Assembly: GCF_964355755.1 (NCBI RefSeq)
Contig: NC_092678.1
Coordinates: forward strand, 19,237,365 to 19,301,364
Direction: 5' to 3'
Origin: Antedon mediterranea
Lineage: Eukaryota; Animalia; Echinodermata
Length of the DNA: 64,000 nucleotides
The notes beneath the pieces are model-generated. The model saw only the letters and a program-made list of their open reading frames with translations. It was not told the DNA's origin and searched no databases. Within the stretch, counting starts at the first letter, position 1; each line of letters begins with the position of its first letter. Both the position numbers and the translations under genes were made by a program. Of the stretch, positions 52,601-63,555 are shown piece after piece.

Positions 52601-55478
52601 CTATTGAAATCCGTCAGGCTTCTTCAAATCTCTCCTCAAAACCCACCTTTTTCATTTGTAATTTTCTAAATTGTTCTGTCTTTGTAAAGCGCATTGAGGC
52701 TTTCAGCATAATGCGCTATATCAAGTACCAGTTATTATTATTATTATTGTTTTCATGTTTTACAAATAATATACCACTAAACACAGTAAAACATTGCGAT
52801 GTACTACTTTGTTGAAACTATCACCGTCCTAGTCGATTGAAATAGTACAGTAGGCCTACATGTAACGATACATCCTACCACGTGTAGGCCTATATGTTTG
52901 TATAATCTATATATAAATTTACGTAAGGGCAAAAATCGGTAAATCGTGCGTTATTTCTAGAATGTTTACTCGATGGTATATAAAGTTGGTTCGTACTTTC
53001 GGTACTAATTTTAACCACCTGATGTAACCCTGTTTACTAATTAAATTGAGTTAGATAATTAGTTATTGACGATTAAAACGAATTTAGGTTCAACGATTTG
53101 TCCCAAATAGGGGTGTTTTCCGATCGTGGTATACACTGTCTAATGGATGTCAATTTGAAAAATACCCGCACACAATAATACGAGGACACTTCGGATTTTC
53201 CTATCTCCTCCTACGATAATTGTTTTTAATAGCTGAAAACCGGTTGAACAGTTCGAGTACAGCATCATAATGTTGAAGACAGGCCGATTTTCTTTAAAAA
53301 ATGCTATTTTGATACATTTAATATACGTTTTACAAATGTATTGATTTGTGATGAATGGAACATTCCAAATTATTTGGTTTAACCATAGAGGTATAGATTT
53401 AGATTTATGGGCCCCCTTGGAAAATAAACATAAATAGTATTGCAATGCTGTACAATACTGTTTAAGGTATTAACCACTTTTGATCGCAATTTGAATCGCA
53501 AATTTCTTACTGTGAGTGTTGGTACTGTTAGATATAATATAAACAAATATACAAATAAACTTTATTACTGTGATTGTGGGTAGGCCCTACTGTTAGATTA
53601 TAAACATATAATATACAAATAAATAAACGTTATTACTGACAGTTGCTTCTCAACGTTTGTATTAATTAATAATTTAAAAATATATAAACGTACGTAGTGG
53701 TGTATCGTTACATGTACTTTACTATTTCAATCGACTATGACAGTGAGAGTTTTAACAAAGTATTAAATCGTAAATGATGTTTTACTGTATTTAGTGGTAT
53801 ATTATTTATAGGCCTATAAAACATTAAAAACAATATTTCGTTACTGAGTGGATAAGAATATATTTTAAAATGTTTCCTCTTTGTACCTATCTTCTTCCCC
53901 CATCCCTCGACCCTTAATGTTACATACAAAACACAAATTGGGTTTATTTAAATGAGTCCAAATAAAAAAAATTGGACTCATTTTGTTTCTCTCTCGGAAG
54001 TAATTCCCAGGGACTAATTTTAGCTGACTACATAAATCATCGTGTATATTTATTCGTTTCTGTAAACGACAATGTATTATAGTCCTGCAGTACGTACATT
54101 TGAAATCTCCATTTTTTTCTCGCTGGAAAATACTGTGTATTCGAGAACCATCTGTGGTCCATCTAGTGTAAAACAATTTGTGAAAACCACCTCTATTCGG
54201 GGAAAATCATAAATTCGATTTAATCGTCAATAAATATTAAATTATCTTTATTATAACTCAACTTAATTAGTAGGCCTATATGGTTTTCAATTGTTTCTTA
54301 GAGCCAATTCATACTTAAGTTGGTTCCTACCCTACCCACCAAAGTTGTTCTACGTTTAAGGCATGTGATGTACCGTAGGCCTATCCTCTACTGGTTTTAC
54401 AACGCTACTAGTGCCAGTGAGGGAAGGGTGATGATGTGGGTGGTTTAACTGCAATAATAAAGATTTGTACATAATATACGGCGAGTGAAAACGCTAGCTC
54501 ATTATCCGTTTAAAAAAAAATTATATCCAACCTCTGCAGCACAGATTGAAAAAAAAAATTAATCAAATTTCTGTTATGAGTAGGCCTATACAGTACTTGC
54601 CTTTACGACGCCTGAGGGAATAGACACTTGTGGAACAGAGATTGGAATGTTCCATTCATCGCAAATCAATACATTTGTATAAACATATATTAAATCTATA
54701 AAAATAGTATTTTTTAAAGAAAATCGGCCTGTCTTCAACATTATGATGCTGTACTCTAGCTGTTCAACCGGTTTTCAGCTATTAAAAACAATTATTGTAG
54801 GAGGAGATAGGAAAATGCGAAGCCTCCTCTCATTTTTATGGCGGGTATTTTTCAAGATGGACATCCATTAGACAGTGTATACCATGATCGGAAAACACCC
54901 CTATTTGGGGTAAATCGTTGAACCTAAATTCGTTTTAATCGTCGATAACTAATTATCTAACTTAATTTAATTAGTAAACAGGGTTACATCAGGCGGTTAA
55001 AATCAGTACCGAAAGTACGAACCAACTTTATATACCATCGAGAAAAAATTCTAGAAGTAAGGCGCGATTTACAGCATTTTGCCCTTACGTAAATTTATAT
55101 ATAGATACTTACAGAACATGCCTATTGATTTGCAAGAAAATGTTAACTTTGTAAAATGTTATACCATAAGTAACCTTCTCGGAAATACCGGGCACAACCA
55201 GTGGAAAGAAAACGTTCCCTTACCGAAATGAATGGTGTACCATCAACAACCCAAGCCATCATGATGTCGGCTCCTTTCATTCCTCCATTGCTGTTAAGAC
55301 CAATCCCAACGTAGCCTGTTGTATTCGCACGAACCTCGAATATAATTGAATCATCTTCAACTTTCCAAAATAATTGAACGTTTTCCTCGCTATCAAGAAA
55401 AACGTTATGATTGAACGTTTTGTCACCGAAAACGCGTAGAGCGCAGAGCAAAAAAAGTAGAATACACGTACGCGCCAT
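40652..55478 (-). CDS. MOXD1: MOXD1-like copy C; 13 exons with an apparent -1 frameshift at the end of exon 7 (young pseudogene or assembly error)
   Basis: Exons 55478-55224, 51846-51700, 51072-50893, 50210-50124, 49945-49775, 49604-49502, 49009-48844 (166 nt versus 167 in B and D), 48719-48662, 48208-48084, 44631-44572, 44370-44240, 42842-42689, 40804-40652. All copper ligand motifs are present. Confidence 0.88.
40946..42530 (+). mobile_element. Non-autonomous Helitron
   Basis: A|TCTATATATAAATT ... CTAG|T termini, no TSD, internal duplicated 3' end near 41600-41700. Family members at 52082-55105. Confidence 0.8.
42908..43435. mobile_element. Kolobok-like MITE (TTAA TSD)
   Basis: TTAA|AGATGTATTGTCCC ... 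AATAATACATCT|TTAA; empty site CTAATTTAATGTATTC in copy D at about 58021. Confidence 0.85.
44745..47750. mobile_element. About 3-kb composite insertion in intron 9 of copy C (AAAATGGCGGCC/GCCATCTTGGA-motif repeats plus a highly decayed LINE fragment at about 46500-47200)
   Basis: The flanks TTCTATTATTTTATTAA and GCTCTCTCTACAC are contiguous in copy D at about 59220-59245. The minus-strand peptide AMANKHLCAL...AGLS resembles a decayed LINE RT thumb region. Confidence 0.6.
47751..47890. mobile_element. About 130-bp Harbinger-like MITE family member (others at about 18775-18880, 20715-20885, 36250-36380, 51881-52020, 59232-59372)
   Basis: Inverted ends AAGCTCT(C/G)TCTACACT / AGTGTAGACAGAGCTT and a shared core GCCCATATATGGACATGATG..TATCACTACCATATT. 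Confidence 0.75.
48345..48625. repeat. Polypurine/polypyrimidine low-complexity tract in intron 8 (paralogous tract at 59860-60150)
   Basis: GA-rich plus strand over about 280 bp at the same intronic position in copies C and D. Confidence 0.8.
51100..51385. repeat. Minisatellite, about 32-bp unit (CATAAAGGTGATC...)
   Basis: About 9 diverged tandem copies with two alternating variants. Confidence 0.85.
52082..55105. mobile_element. Cluster of Helitron-family pieces in both orientations plus an L2 3' end in intron 1 of copy C
   Basis: Minus-strand 3' end with hairpin CTAGATGGTACGC...GCGTACCATCTAG (52082); L2 tail PYVPKRSLRS...LWNALP plus (TTA)n (52455-52750); plus copy A|TC 52906 to CTAG|T 54166; minus 5' copy 55105 to about 54470. 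Confidence 0.78.
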
Positions 55479-56919
55479 TATCGGTAATACGAAAACTGCA
55501 GGATTGGACAATTATGTACAAGTGCGTGATTTCTTACAGTGTGCAATGTTATACGCTTGGATTAATCATGATAATCTAGATAAGATACTTCCGATACTGT
55601 TTTTTACATTACACTTTTTTAAGAAAATAGGCCTGCATTGTTGCCTATGGGTGATCCTAAACCGGAAACGTTACATTCATGTAATTGGTCTTGGAGTTCC
55701 GATTTAGCCCATAATGTTCAAAGGCTGTATTCTTGAACACATTGGTAACTTCCCTGTTATGTTTAGTTGTTTCTGAGTCAAGGATACAATAGAAAAACTC
55801 CAAGACCGTTGGCAAATCGAAAGCTTCATAAAAATCATTAGCTCTTAACAAGATTACCACTTTAACATGACCAATGAGCAATGATCTTACAGAAATAACA
55901 GATCAGCATTACCGAATAGAAGAACTACATGCATCATATCAATCTACCCCTCACTCTATGTCTGCATATTACTAAGTCGAGCAACTTGATACAAATAAAC
56001 GGACAACAGCGGTTGATTTAAATTTAACAATGCTTCACGTGGTGCCAAAGACCATACAATAGTAATGTATGATTACGTAATATGGTCCAATAGGTATAGG
56101 TATATTAATATAGGCACTTGATAAATTAACAAGTAAGAAAATCTTACTTATATATCTTATTTTTCGGAAACGCTTGACCAATTAACACATAATTATTACA
56201 AATGTTGCTATATTACCTCATTTGTGATAGCCGTATTTTTTTAAACGATAGCAATATGATACAAGGTAAATAAATAGTGAAGGCTCTAACCATGTCGTTT
56301 ATACAAAATAACATTTCAAGTGACGTGAAATGATTTATGGGCCAAAATATCTTTTTTTTATTGACCGACATGTAACGTGCAAGCTCCGCCCTTTAAAAAA
56401 AGGTTGATCGCATGCGTAAGTAGATCAACAATCGTCAAACAAAAACATTAACCGAATGGTATAGAAACATAGAAGAATAAATAAATGTGTGCAGAATAAT
56501 TATGAAGACAACATGGTAAATTTAAAGTTATATTTTTATTTTCGAAAATAATTCTTGGATCACCAAATTATATCGACTAATGTTAGGCATAGGTCTTCTA
56601 TAATCATGGTTTCATGCAACGTATGTTGAATAGTTGTAATATTTTTGTTGCTTGTGTTTGTAAACATATGCTCCATAACTCAAAAATGTATTGTAGATTG
56701 AGAAGTATCTTATATATTTAAGCTTATAGTTTAACGAATTTCTTTTTTCATTTTCTGTTTGTTGTACGTTTGTGGATATGGATGAAATTTCCGAAATAAA
56801 ATAAATCGAATTGAATTGATAAGTGTGTGTGTGTGACCAACAAATATGAGGAAGTAAAAAGTGTCATGCATTGTACCTACTTAGTAATAGACAACATGTT
56901 TTTGAACACTATAACAAGA

Positions 56920-59900
56920 TTATATAAACGGTAAAATAGCTAAGATAAAAACAGTAAACAAAGATCCCTTTGAACTTGTCGAACGGGAACACTGGTTTTC
57001 TTCAACAATTCCATTCTGAATGTCAATCAAATTGTCCAAACTTTTCGTCTCAACATAACCATATAGTCGCACCTTTAAGAAACAGTATAATGCATGCTAA
57101 GGCCCATTTACACTATGGCGATAACGATCGACGATAAATAGAAAAACATTCAATTGTTGTTAACGTAAAACAAAAGAAAATAGAAAGGGTTTCTTTCTAG
57201 AACTATAGGATAATCATTTATGCTGTCTTTGATTAAAAAATAAAATAAATTTAAAATTTCAATCAAATGATAAATAAAACAAAATCGTTGTATTGTCACA
57301 ATATTATTGCTTTTACTAATCATGACGTCATGTGAAAATATCATGGTTATCAAAGGAAGCATAGATGGCTATCCTATAGTTCTAGAATAAAAAACTGCGT
57401 AGATTTCTTTAGTTTTATGTATGAAAATTGTATATTTGTCTATTTGTCGTCGATCGTCATCGTCCTTGTGTAAATGGGCCTTAACAAAAGTTGTGCCCAA
57501 TAAGTTTTTAGATTTAAGAATGTTGGAATAGGGACATTTTGTATAGACCAACGAAAACGCAAAAGTGTTGACAATATTTTGTATACGGATAAATAGATAA
57601 CAAGTTATGTATGTCTAATCTAATTATGCCTCGCGTCTACTTTCATCTTTATTCATAACTTTAGAAAAGTTTAAAAGCCACTATACACGAAATTCAGATT
57701 TTAGTTTCATGAGATCAGAAGTAAAATATCGTGGTCGCTAATTGCAGTCATAGAATTTCATTTTAAGTATATCCTTCATGTAAACTGTATATAAACATTA
57801 TAAGCATACCTCCTCTACAAGTTCATCCTCGTGAAATGCATTGTGACCAGAATGGTTTGAACAGTAAGACATACGGGGCGCTTCTTTCCACCACTTTTTT
57901 AAAACATCCACTCTTTCCTTTGTCCAATCTAACTGTTGTAAAGCTTCACGGAAACTTTTGTTCCTAACATCAAGGAAACGGGGAAGAAAACGTTATTATG
58001 ATAACTTATTACCATAAGAGCTAATTTAATGTATTCAATTGTTTTTGTTTATTTTTATTTTTATACAGAAATACAGCTTACAATAATTCTCCTTAAGTAT
58101 AGGTTCTACATATTATCCGTAAAACGATAATCATGCACATATGGCGCGTCATATTATTAGTTTCTGGCAAAAATATATCAAAAAGGGATGATTTGCTGTG
58201 TGGTGCTTGCAAAAAATTAAAAAAAAACCTAAAAAAGACAATAACTTAATACTTGGGCCAACTCTGTTTTACCTCCTAATGGAAGAGTTCGGCCTACTTT
58301 GGTATTACTTATCTAACTTATAGCTCGGTAGAGTGTTCAATTATTATTTACTAACATTCTATAATCGATAAAACTATAACACAGGAATATGCTTCGAAAG
58401 GCATTGTGGGATATAGTCGTGGTGTTTTAAGTCATGAAGTAGCACGCCCTCAACATATTAGAAAGGTAAAACCATAATGTAATGTAGAGGATTATATATT
58501 ATTTTCAATGCAAAATTGACAGACTGGAGATTTTTGTGTATAGGTTTTCTGGCCACGCCTAAAGTACATACAAATTCATACATACAAAAACATTCATTTG
58601 CACTGACTGGTAGATAATTGTAACATTCAATTCCAATCGTAGTTCTTCTTTATAAAAAGTACCAACAAATTCTTTGTTAATAATATACCGTAACTTGCAT
58701 TTTAAAAACAGTGCTCAAATATTACTCACTTTGTGACACCTAAATTAAGATTTTCTTCTAAAGTACTTGGCTGTGGACTACTGTAACATTTTCCAGCATT
58801 AGACTTTGGATAGTAAAATAAAAAAGCAAGGCACATTTCTTCCGTTGTCGCCAATCCTCCCTGAAATTTCAATTAGTATTTGTTTTAATTTTATTATCTA
58901 GCAAACGTTGTTTACTAGATGGCAGCCAGCCATTATTGCTCATGGTATTCGTCAACAGAATAACATTTTGGCACAGATGGCGTTTTATACATAATAATTT
59001 CGCGAGCTCACTGCTACTAAAAATAGATTAAACCTTATTTATGTTTTTGTCATACTCACATAAGTAACATTTGTTCTGTCCATTGTATTATATGTACACT
59101 CTACTAATAGATCATCTTCCTGTAGTTATATGAAATGAAATCAGTAAAGTAAGATAATTAAGATTTACTTGCCAAAGTAAATTAATATTTATATCCATAA
59201 AACATGTTATTATATATTCTATTATTTTATTAAGCTCTCTCTACACTACCAAACTCTATGCGACAAAAAAATGTAATATGCCCATATATGGACATGATGT
59301 TGTCGTATCACTACCATATTAGGCACATCATACCTTTTTTGTAAACTAGTTTGAAAATGTAGACAGAGATTTACTACAGCAATAATTAAATTGACCAAAA
59401 ATCATGTGGTAATGTTCTCTAGGTTCTAGGCTGTTTTCTAAAACTTTATTATTGGTATATATACATACATATTAGTATGGCACATATGTCTAAAAATCGT
59501 CATACTATATCTAAAAAAACAAAACTACCTAAATAAAACTCAACATATTTTTATTACCTTTTTTGAAAAAGAAAAAATGGTTAACATTACCGGTTTTACT
59601 ATCCAAGGCTCTTTTAGGTAACGGACTTCTTGAAGATCAAAGTCGTAGGCGGAATCTTTTGAAATTTCTCCGAGGTATTTTCCGTTTCTATAATGCGTTG
59701 CTCGAATTCCTACTCCTGTAAAAAAAGTAATAGAATCGTGGTATGTTATAATACTGTTTCATTGACAGTGACAGTTTGATTAAAATTTTAAACATTGAGT
59801 TAAACAAGATTTTTTTTTAATAGCTCATTGGAGTTGTTAGGGCACATAACTGGACAGTACAAAAGAGGATGAACAGACACGAGAAGAAGTGAGAAAACAG

Positions 59901-62900
59901 GAGGAATGAGAAAATAGAAGGCATGAAAATGGAGGAGTGAACAAACAGGAGAGGTGTAAAGAGAGGTTATGAGACGGAGGGGATGAGAAGAGATTAGAGT
60001 TAAGAAGAAAGTACAAGTAGCGGTTAGAAGAGAGAAGGGCCGAGGAGAGAAGAAGGATGAGAATAGGGGAATTAGTATAGAGAATGAATGAGAATAGAGA
60101 AGAGAGGAGGAGATGGAAAGAGAGAAGTGGTGAAAAGGGAGGAGAAAGTGTTGTTTGATGCAGTTTTCGTACAAAAAACAACAAACCTGCTAAATGTGCA
60201 TGGAGAAAAACAGCAAATATCTTCATGTCGCCTTCTGTAAGTAGCTACAATATAAAAGTACGATTTGGGGATTACATGTATTTAAAAAAATCATTAATAA
60301 AAATAGAACACAAAGAACTAAAATCATTCAAAAAGAGAAAACATGAAACTAATGTTAAGGGAAATAAAAATGTGTTAATGCAATAAATACCTCTTTTAAA
60401 CACCTTGTAGTACAGGATCCGTAGACAGGAAAAGCATCTTGTTTTGGTGGGATTGGAAAGAATTTTGAAGTTTTCACACCTACCATCAGCATACTCGAAT
60501 CATACTGCTGAATGTTAGACGTGTAATAAATTCGTACACCCGAGTTATCGTAAACTCCTAAAAAAAAACAAAGATTAAACATATCTCAGAAAGGTGGTTC
60601 ATAGAATTATGGTTCTGATCAATAATCCTCTGACGACAAATACAAACAAAAACAAAATGTATTCGTAGTTTATTAAAACGCTGGCTTCCTACAATAGCAT
60701 AACGTTTACAGGTATCCCATACTTGCAATGAACTTTCTTTTATGCTGTTTATTCATTACGTCATTCTAAAACGTAATCATGTGCATGCATAACGGAATGT
60801 AACTAGCACTATCACAGGATACTGCATAACCGATTGTAACTAGCGCCATCACAGGATACTGCATAACAGATTGTAACTAGTGCCATCATAGAATACAGCA
60901 TAACAGATTGTAACTAGCGCCATCACAGAATACTGCATAACAGATTGTAATTAACGCCATCAAAGAATACAGCATAACAGATTGTAACTAGCGCCATCAT
61001 AGAATACAGCATAACAGATTGTAACTAGTGCCATCATAGAATACAGCATAACAGATTGCAACTAGTGCCATCATAGAATACAGCATAACATATTGTAACT
61101 AGCGCCATCATAGAATACAGCATAACATATTTGTAACTAGCGCCATCGCAGAATACTGCATAACAGATTGTAACTAGTGCCATCATAGAGTACAGCATAA
61201 CAGATTGTAACTAGCGTCACAGAATACATATTAACAATATTCAGTGGCAGATCTGCATTTATAGAAGGTCCATAGGTTCTTTGCTATCCGTAAGACATAA
61301 GCATATATTCAACAATTTATTCAAACTCAATTAAAAACGATGTATTACCTTTAAGTAACTGTGCATTATCGTAGTGAATTGTAAGTTGCAAAAACTTGAC
61401 TGGATCCTCTCCAGCTATTTTATAACCAACGTTCTCTGGAAACTCTAAAGGCTTGAATGAATACAATTGGTATTATTATTAGGCATATAAGCAATACATT
61501 GACAAAGCAAGAGCATTAGGTACAGTTCCCGTTCAATAACTTACACCGAGGCAATACCTATACAGTTTTTTTTAACCATATGTTAACAGAATATTGAAGT
61601 GAAGTCAGTCATTGGAAAACAACAAGATTTTAGTACGAAAGCAATGACTCACCCCTCCACCGACAGCCCATGCATAAATCATTTTAGAACACGCATTGTA
61701 TTGATACATAGCATCAACGTAGTGCAAACTCCTATTGCCAGTGATGTTTGTAAGTCCATAGCATTCTTTTAGAACTAAATGATGAACGATTCCTTCATTA
61801 CCAGGTTGAACGATAGGCTCAATCTACAAGGAATGTCGGTTAAATATATGTAAGTAAATATAAGTGTGGTTAAACATTTCTCATTAGAAAATATCATAAA
61901 AATAACTATTCATTTGAAACACACTAGCCTTACAAACAAAATAGAATCAGTGTTGTTATTACCCTTGACACATGTAATAGTCATTTTATATTCTCACCCG
62001 AATTACATGATGCGGTGTTGCAAGTTCGGGTATTTCACGGTGATTAGCCCAATATGTAGTGACGGTATCTTCTGGTACAAGGACCTGAAAACGTATACAG
62101 TAATCAAATAAGTGTCCATGAGTGGGATGAAAGAGAAGTTATGGTTTGTGAGAAACGTGGAGAGAATGTACGCTATGTCTTTGCTAGGAAACTATGATGT
62201 TAGGATACATACTTCACACAATGTGAAAAGTAACGAAATATTTATTTGGTTCCAGAGGTATTTCGTATTTGTTTGTGAAATACTGAATTAAAAACTCCAG
62301 TTAGATTATCTTGTACAGTAAAACATGTTTCGTCTCTTAGCTGAACTGACTCGGTCTAGAGCAAAGACGTTCTCGTGGTGACATCATAGAAGGTTAAAAA
62401 TCATAAGGTTTTTCGAGAACGTGAACACTGCCAATGTTTTTGTGAATGTTGTTAGAATGGGAAAGGAAATCGGACTTGGCAATCTTGATGTGTCTGGGTG
62501 ATGCTATGATATCAAAAATAATACTACAGTACTACTTATTTTCGTTATCAGTAAAGCGTGGTTCCCACTAGAACGCAACGCAGCGACGTATCGCAGTGTT
62601 GTATAGCGTAATCACACGCAGGCGGGGGCAAACACAATTATTAGAAGGGTATTTGCCTACGTTGCGTAGATTGCGTTAGTGGGAACCAAGCTTTAATAAT
62701 AACCGGAAGGAAGGAACATATATGGAATATGGAAGGAACAATTGCCTTCATCATATTTCCAGAAGTCAATAACAAAACCAGTCAAATCTGAAGAATTATT
62801 ACATCTGCATGTATGTATACTTACATTGTCCATTAAAATATCGAAACTTGTTGTGCCTTCCGGTAATTCGCTTACTTTTGACGAACCAACGTCAATAAAT

Positions 62901-63004
62901 ACCACAGACTTAACACCCCGGCGTTGAGGGCCATGGTATACTGCAGTCTGTCTGCTATCAGGATCATCTGGATGATAGGACCAGATTACCCTGACTGTAT
63001 CAGA
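56920..63004 (-). CDS. MOXD1: MOXD1-like copy D, exons 3-13 (exons 1-2 expected beyond the window end)
   Basis: Exons 63004-62825, 62084-61998, 61823-61653, 61451-61349, 60557-60391, 60244-60187, 59715-59591, 59119-59060, 58860-58730, 57963-57810, 57072-56920. Exon lengths and phases match the paralogs; HH, H, HxH and EMC copper ligands are present. Confidence 0.92.
57100..57481. mobile_element. MITE (Harbinger-like TIR) in intron 12 of copy D
   Basis: AGGCCCATTTACAC / GTGTAAATGGGCCT with extended inverted similarity; empty site CTAACAA in copy C (40831) and the relic (26974). Confidence 0.82.
60800..61225. repeat. 37-bp minisatellite x about 11 (about 3.5 copies at 49265-49385 in copy C)
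   Basis: Unit GCCATCATAGAATACAGCATAACAGATTGTAACTAGC/T. Confidence 0.92.
62555..62692. mobile_element. PIF/Harbinger-like MITE
   Basis: TAA|AGCGTGGTTCCCACTA ... TAGTGGGAACCAAGCT|TTA (TWA target); empty site TATCAGTTAATAATAAC at about 50650 in copy C. Confidence 0.82.
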
Positions 63005-63200
63005 CTTTGAAATTAAAAAAAAATCATTAAGTCGTCTGCAAAATATTTAAAATGTAAAGCTAGTAATTTAAATAAATGTGATTGCGTGTTCCTAGTAATT
63101 CGCATAAATGCAAAAAAAAACAAGCACGAATGTGCAATACTCGGGGTACAGCGAAAGAAGCTGTATACAGACGTATACAGTTAGAAAGTAAAGAAAAATA

Positions 63201-63271
63201 GGTTTCGCCAGGGCTCGAACCGGGACCTTCTGCGTCTTAAGCAGACTTGACAACCACTACACTACAAAACC
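63201..63271 (-). pseudogene. tRNA-Val-derived pseudogene
   Basis: GGTTTTGTAGTGTAGTGGTTGTCAAGTCTGCTTAAGACGCAGAAGGTCCCGGTTCGAGCCCTGGCGAAACC: tRNA-Val body with A and B boxes, anticodon AAC>AAG and stem mismatches. Confidence 0.75.
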
Positions 63272-63483
63272 TCTTACATTAAAAATGTGGGTTACAGAAA
63301 GTGTTTTAATCCATTTAAATTACAAATAAATGGTAATAAGCACAAAGCAAAATAAACATGTGTAAAAGTGATAATTACCGATTACACAAAATAAGTATTT
63401 TAAAAAATAATAAAAATAAGATATACTCTGTATAATTATCATATTGCGTATACAGTACTTTTCACCATAAAGTTAAAAAAAAA

Positions 63484-63555
63484 GGTTTCGTCCGGGCTCG
63501 AACCAGGTACCTTCTGCGTGTTAAGCAAACGTGATAACCACTACGCCAAGAATCC
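63484..63555 (-). pseudogene. tRNA-Val(AAC)-derived pseudogene
   Basis: GGATTCTTGGCGTAGTGGTTATCACGTTTGCTTAACACGCAGAAGGTACCTGGTTCGAGCCCGGACGAAACC: AAC anticodon kept, acceptor and T stems mismatched. Confidence 0.75.

Noticed and set aside
60800-61225. 37-bp repeats as a CRISPR array
   Set aside because: Head-to-tail units with no unique spacers; an intronic minisatellite.
27984-63004. Calling the array true dopamine or tyramine beta-hydroxylase
   Set aside because: The hydrophobic C-terminal tail, AWA(I/V)GG motif, and absence of the DBH interchain Cys pair fit MOXD1-like proteins better; a phylogeny is needed for formal orthology.
63201-63555. Two functional tRNA genes
   Set aside because: Acceptor, D and T stem mismatches, one altered anticodon, and location inside a repeat indicate pseudogenes.
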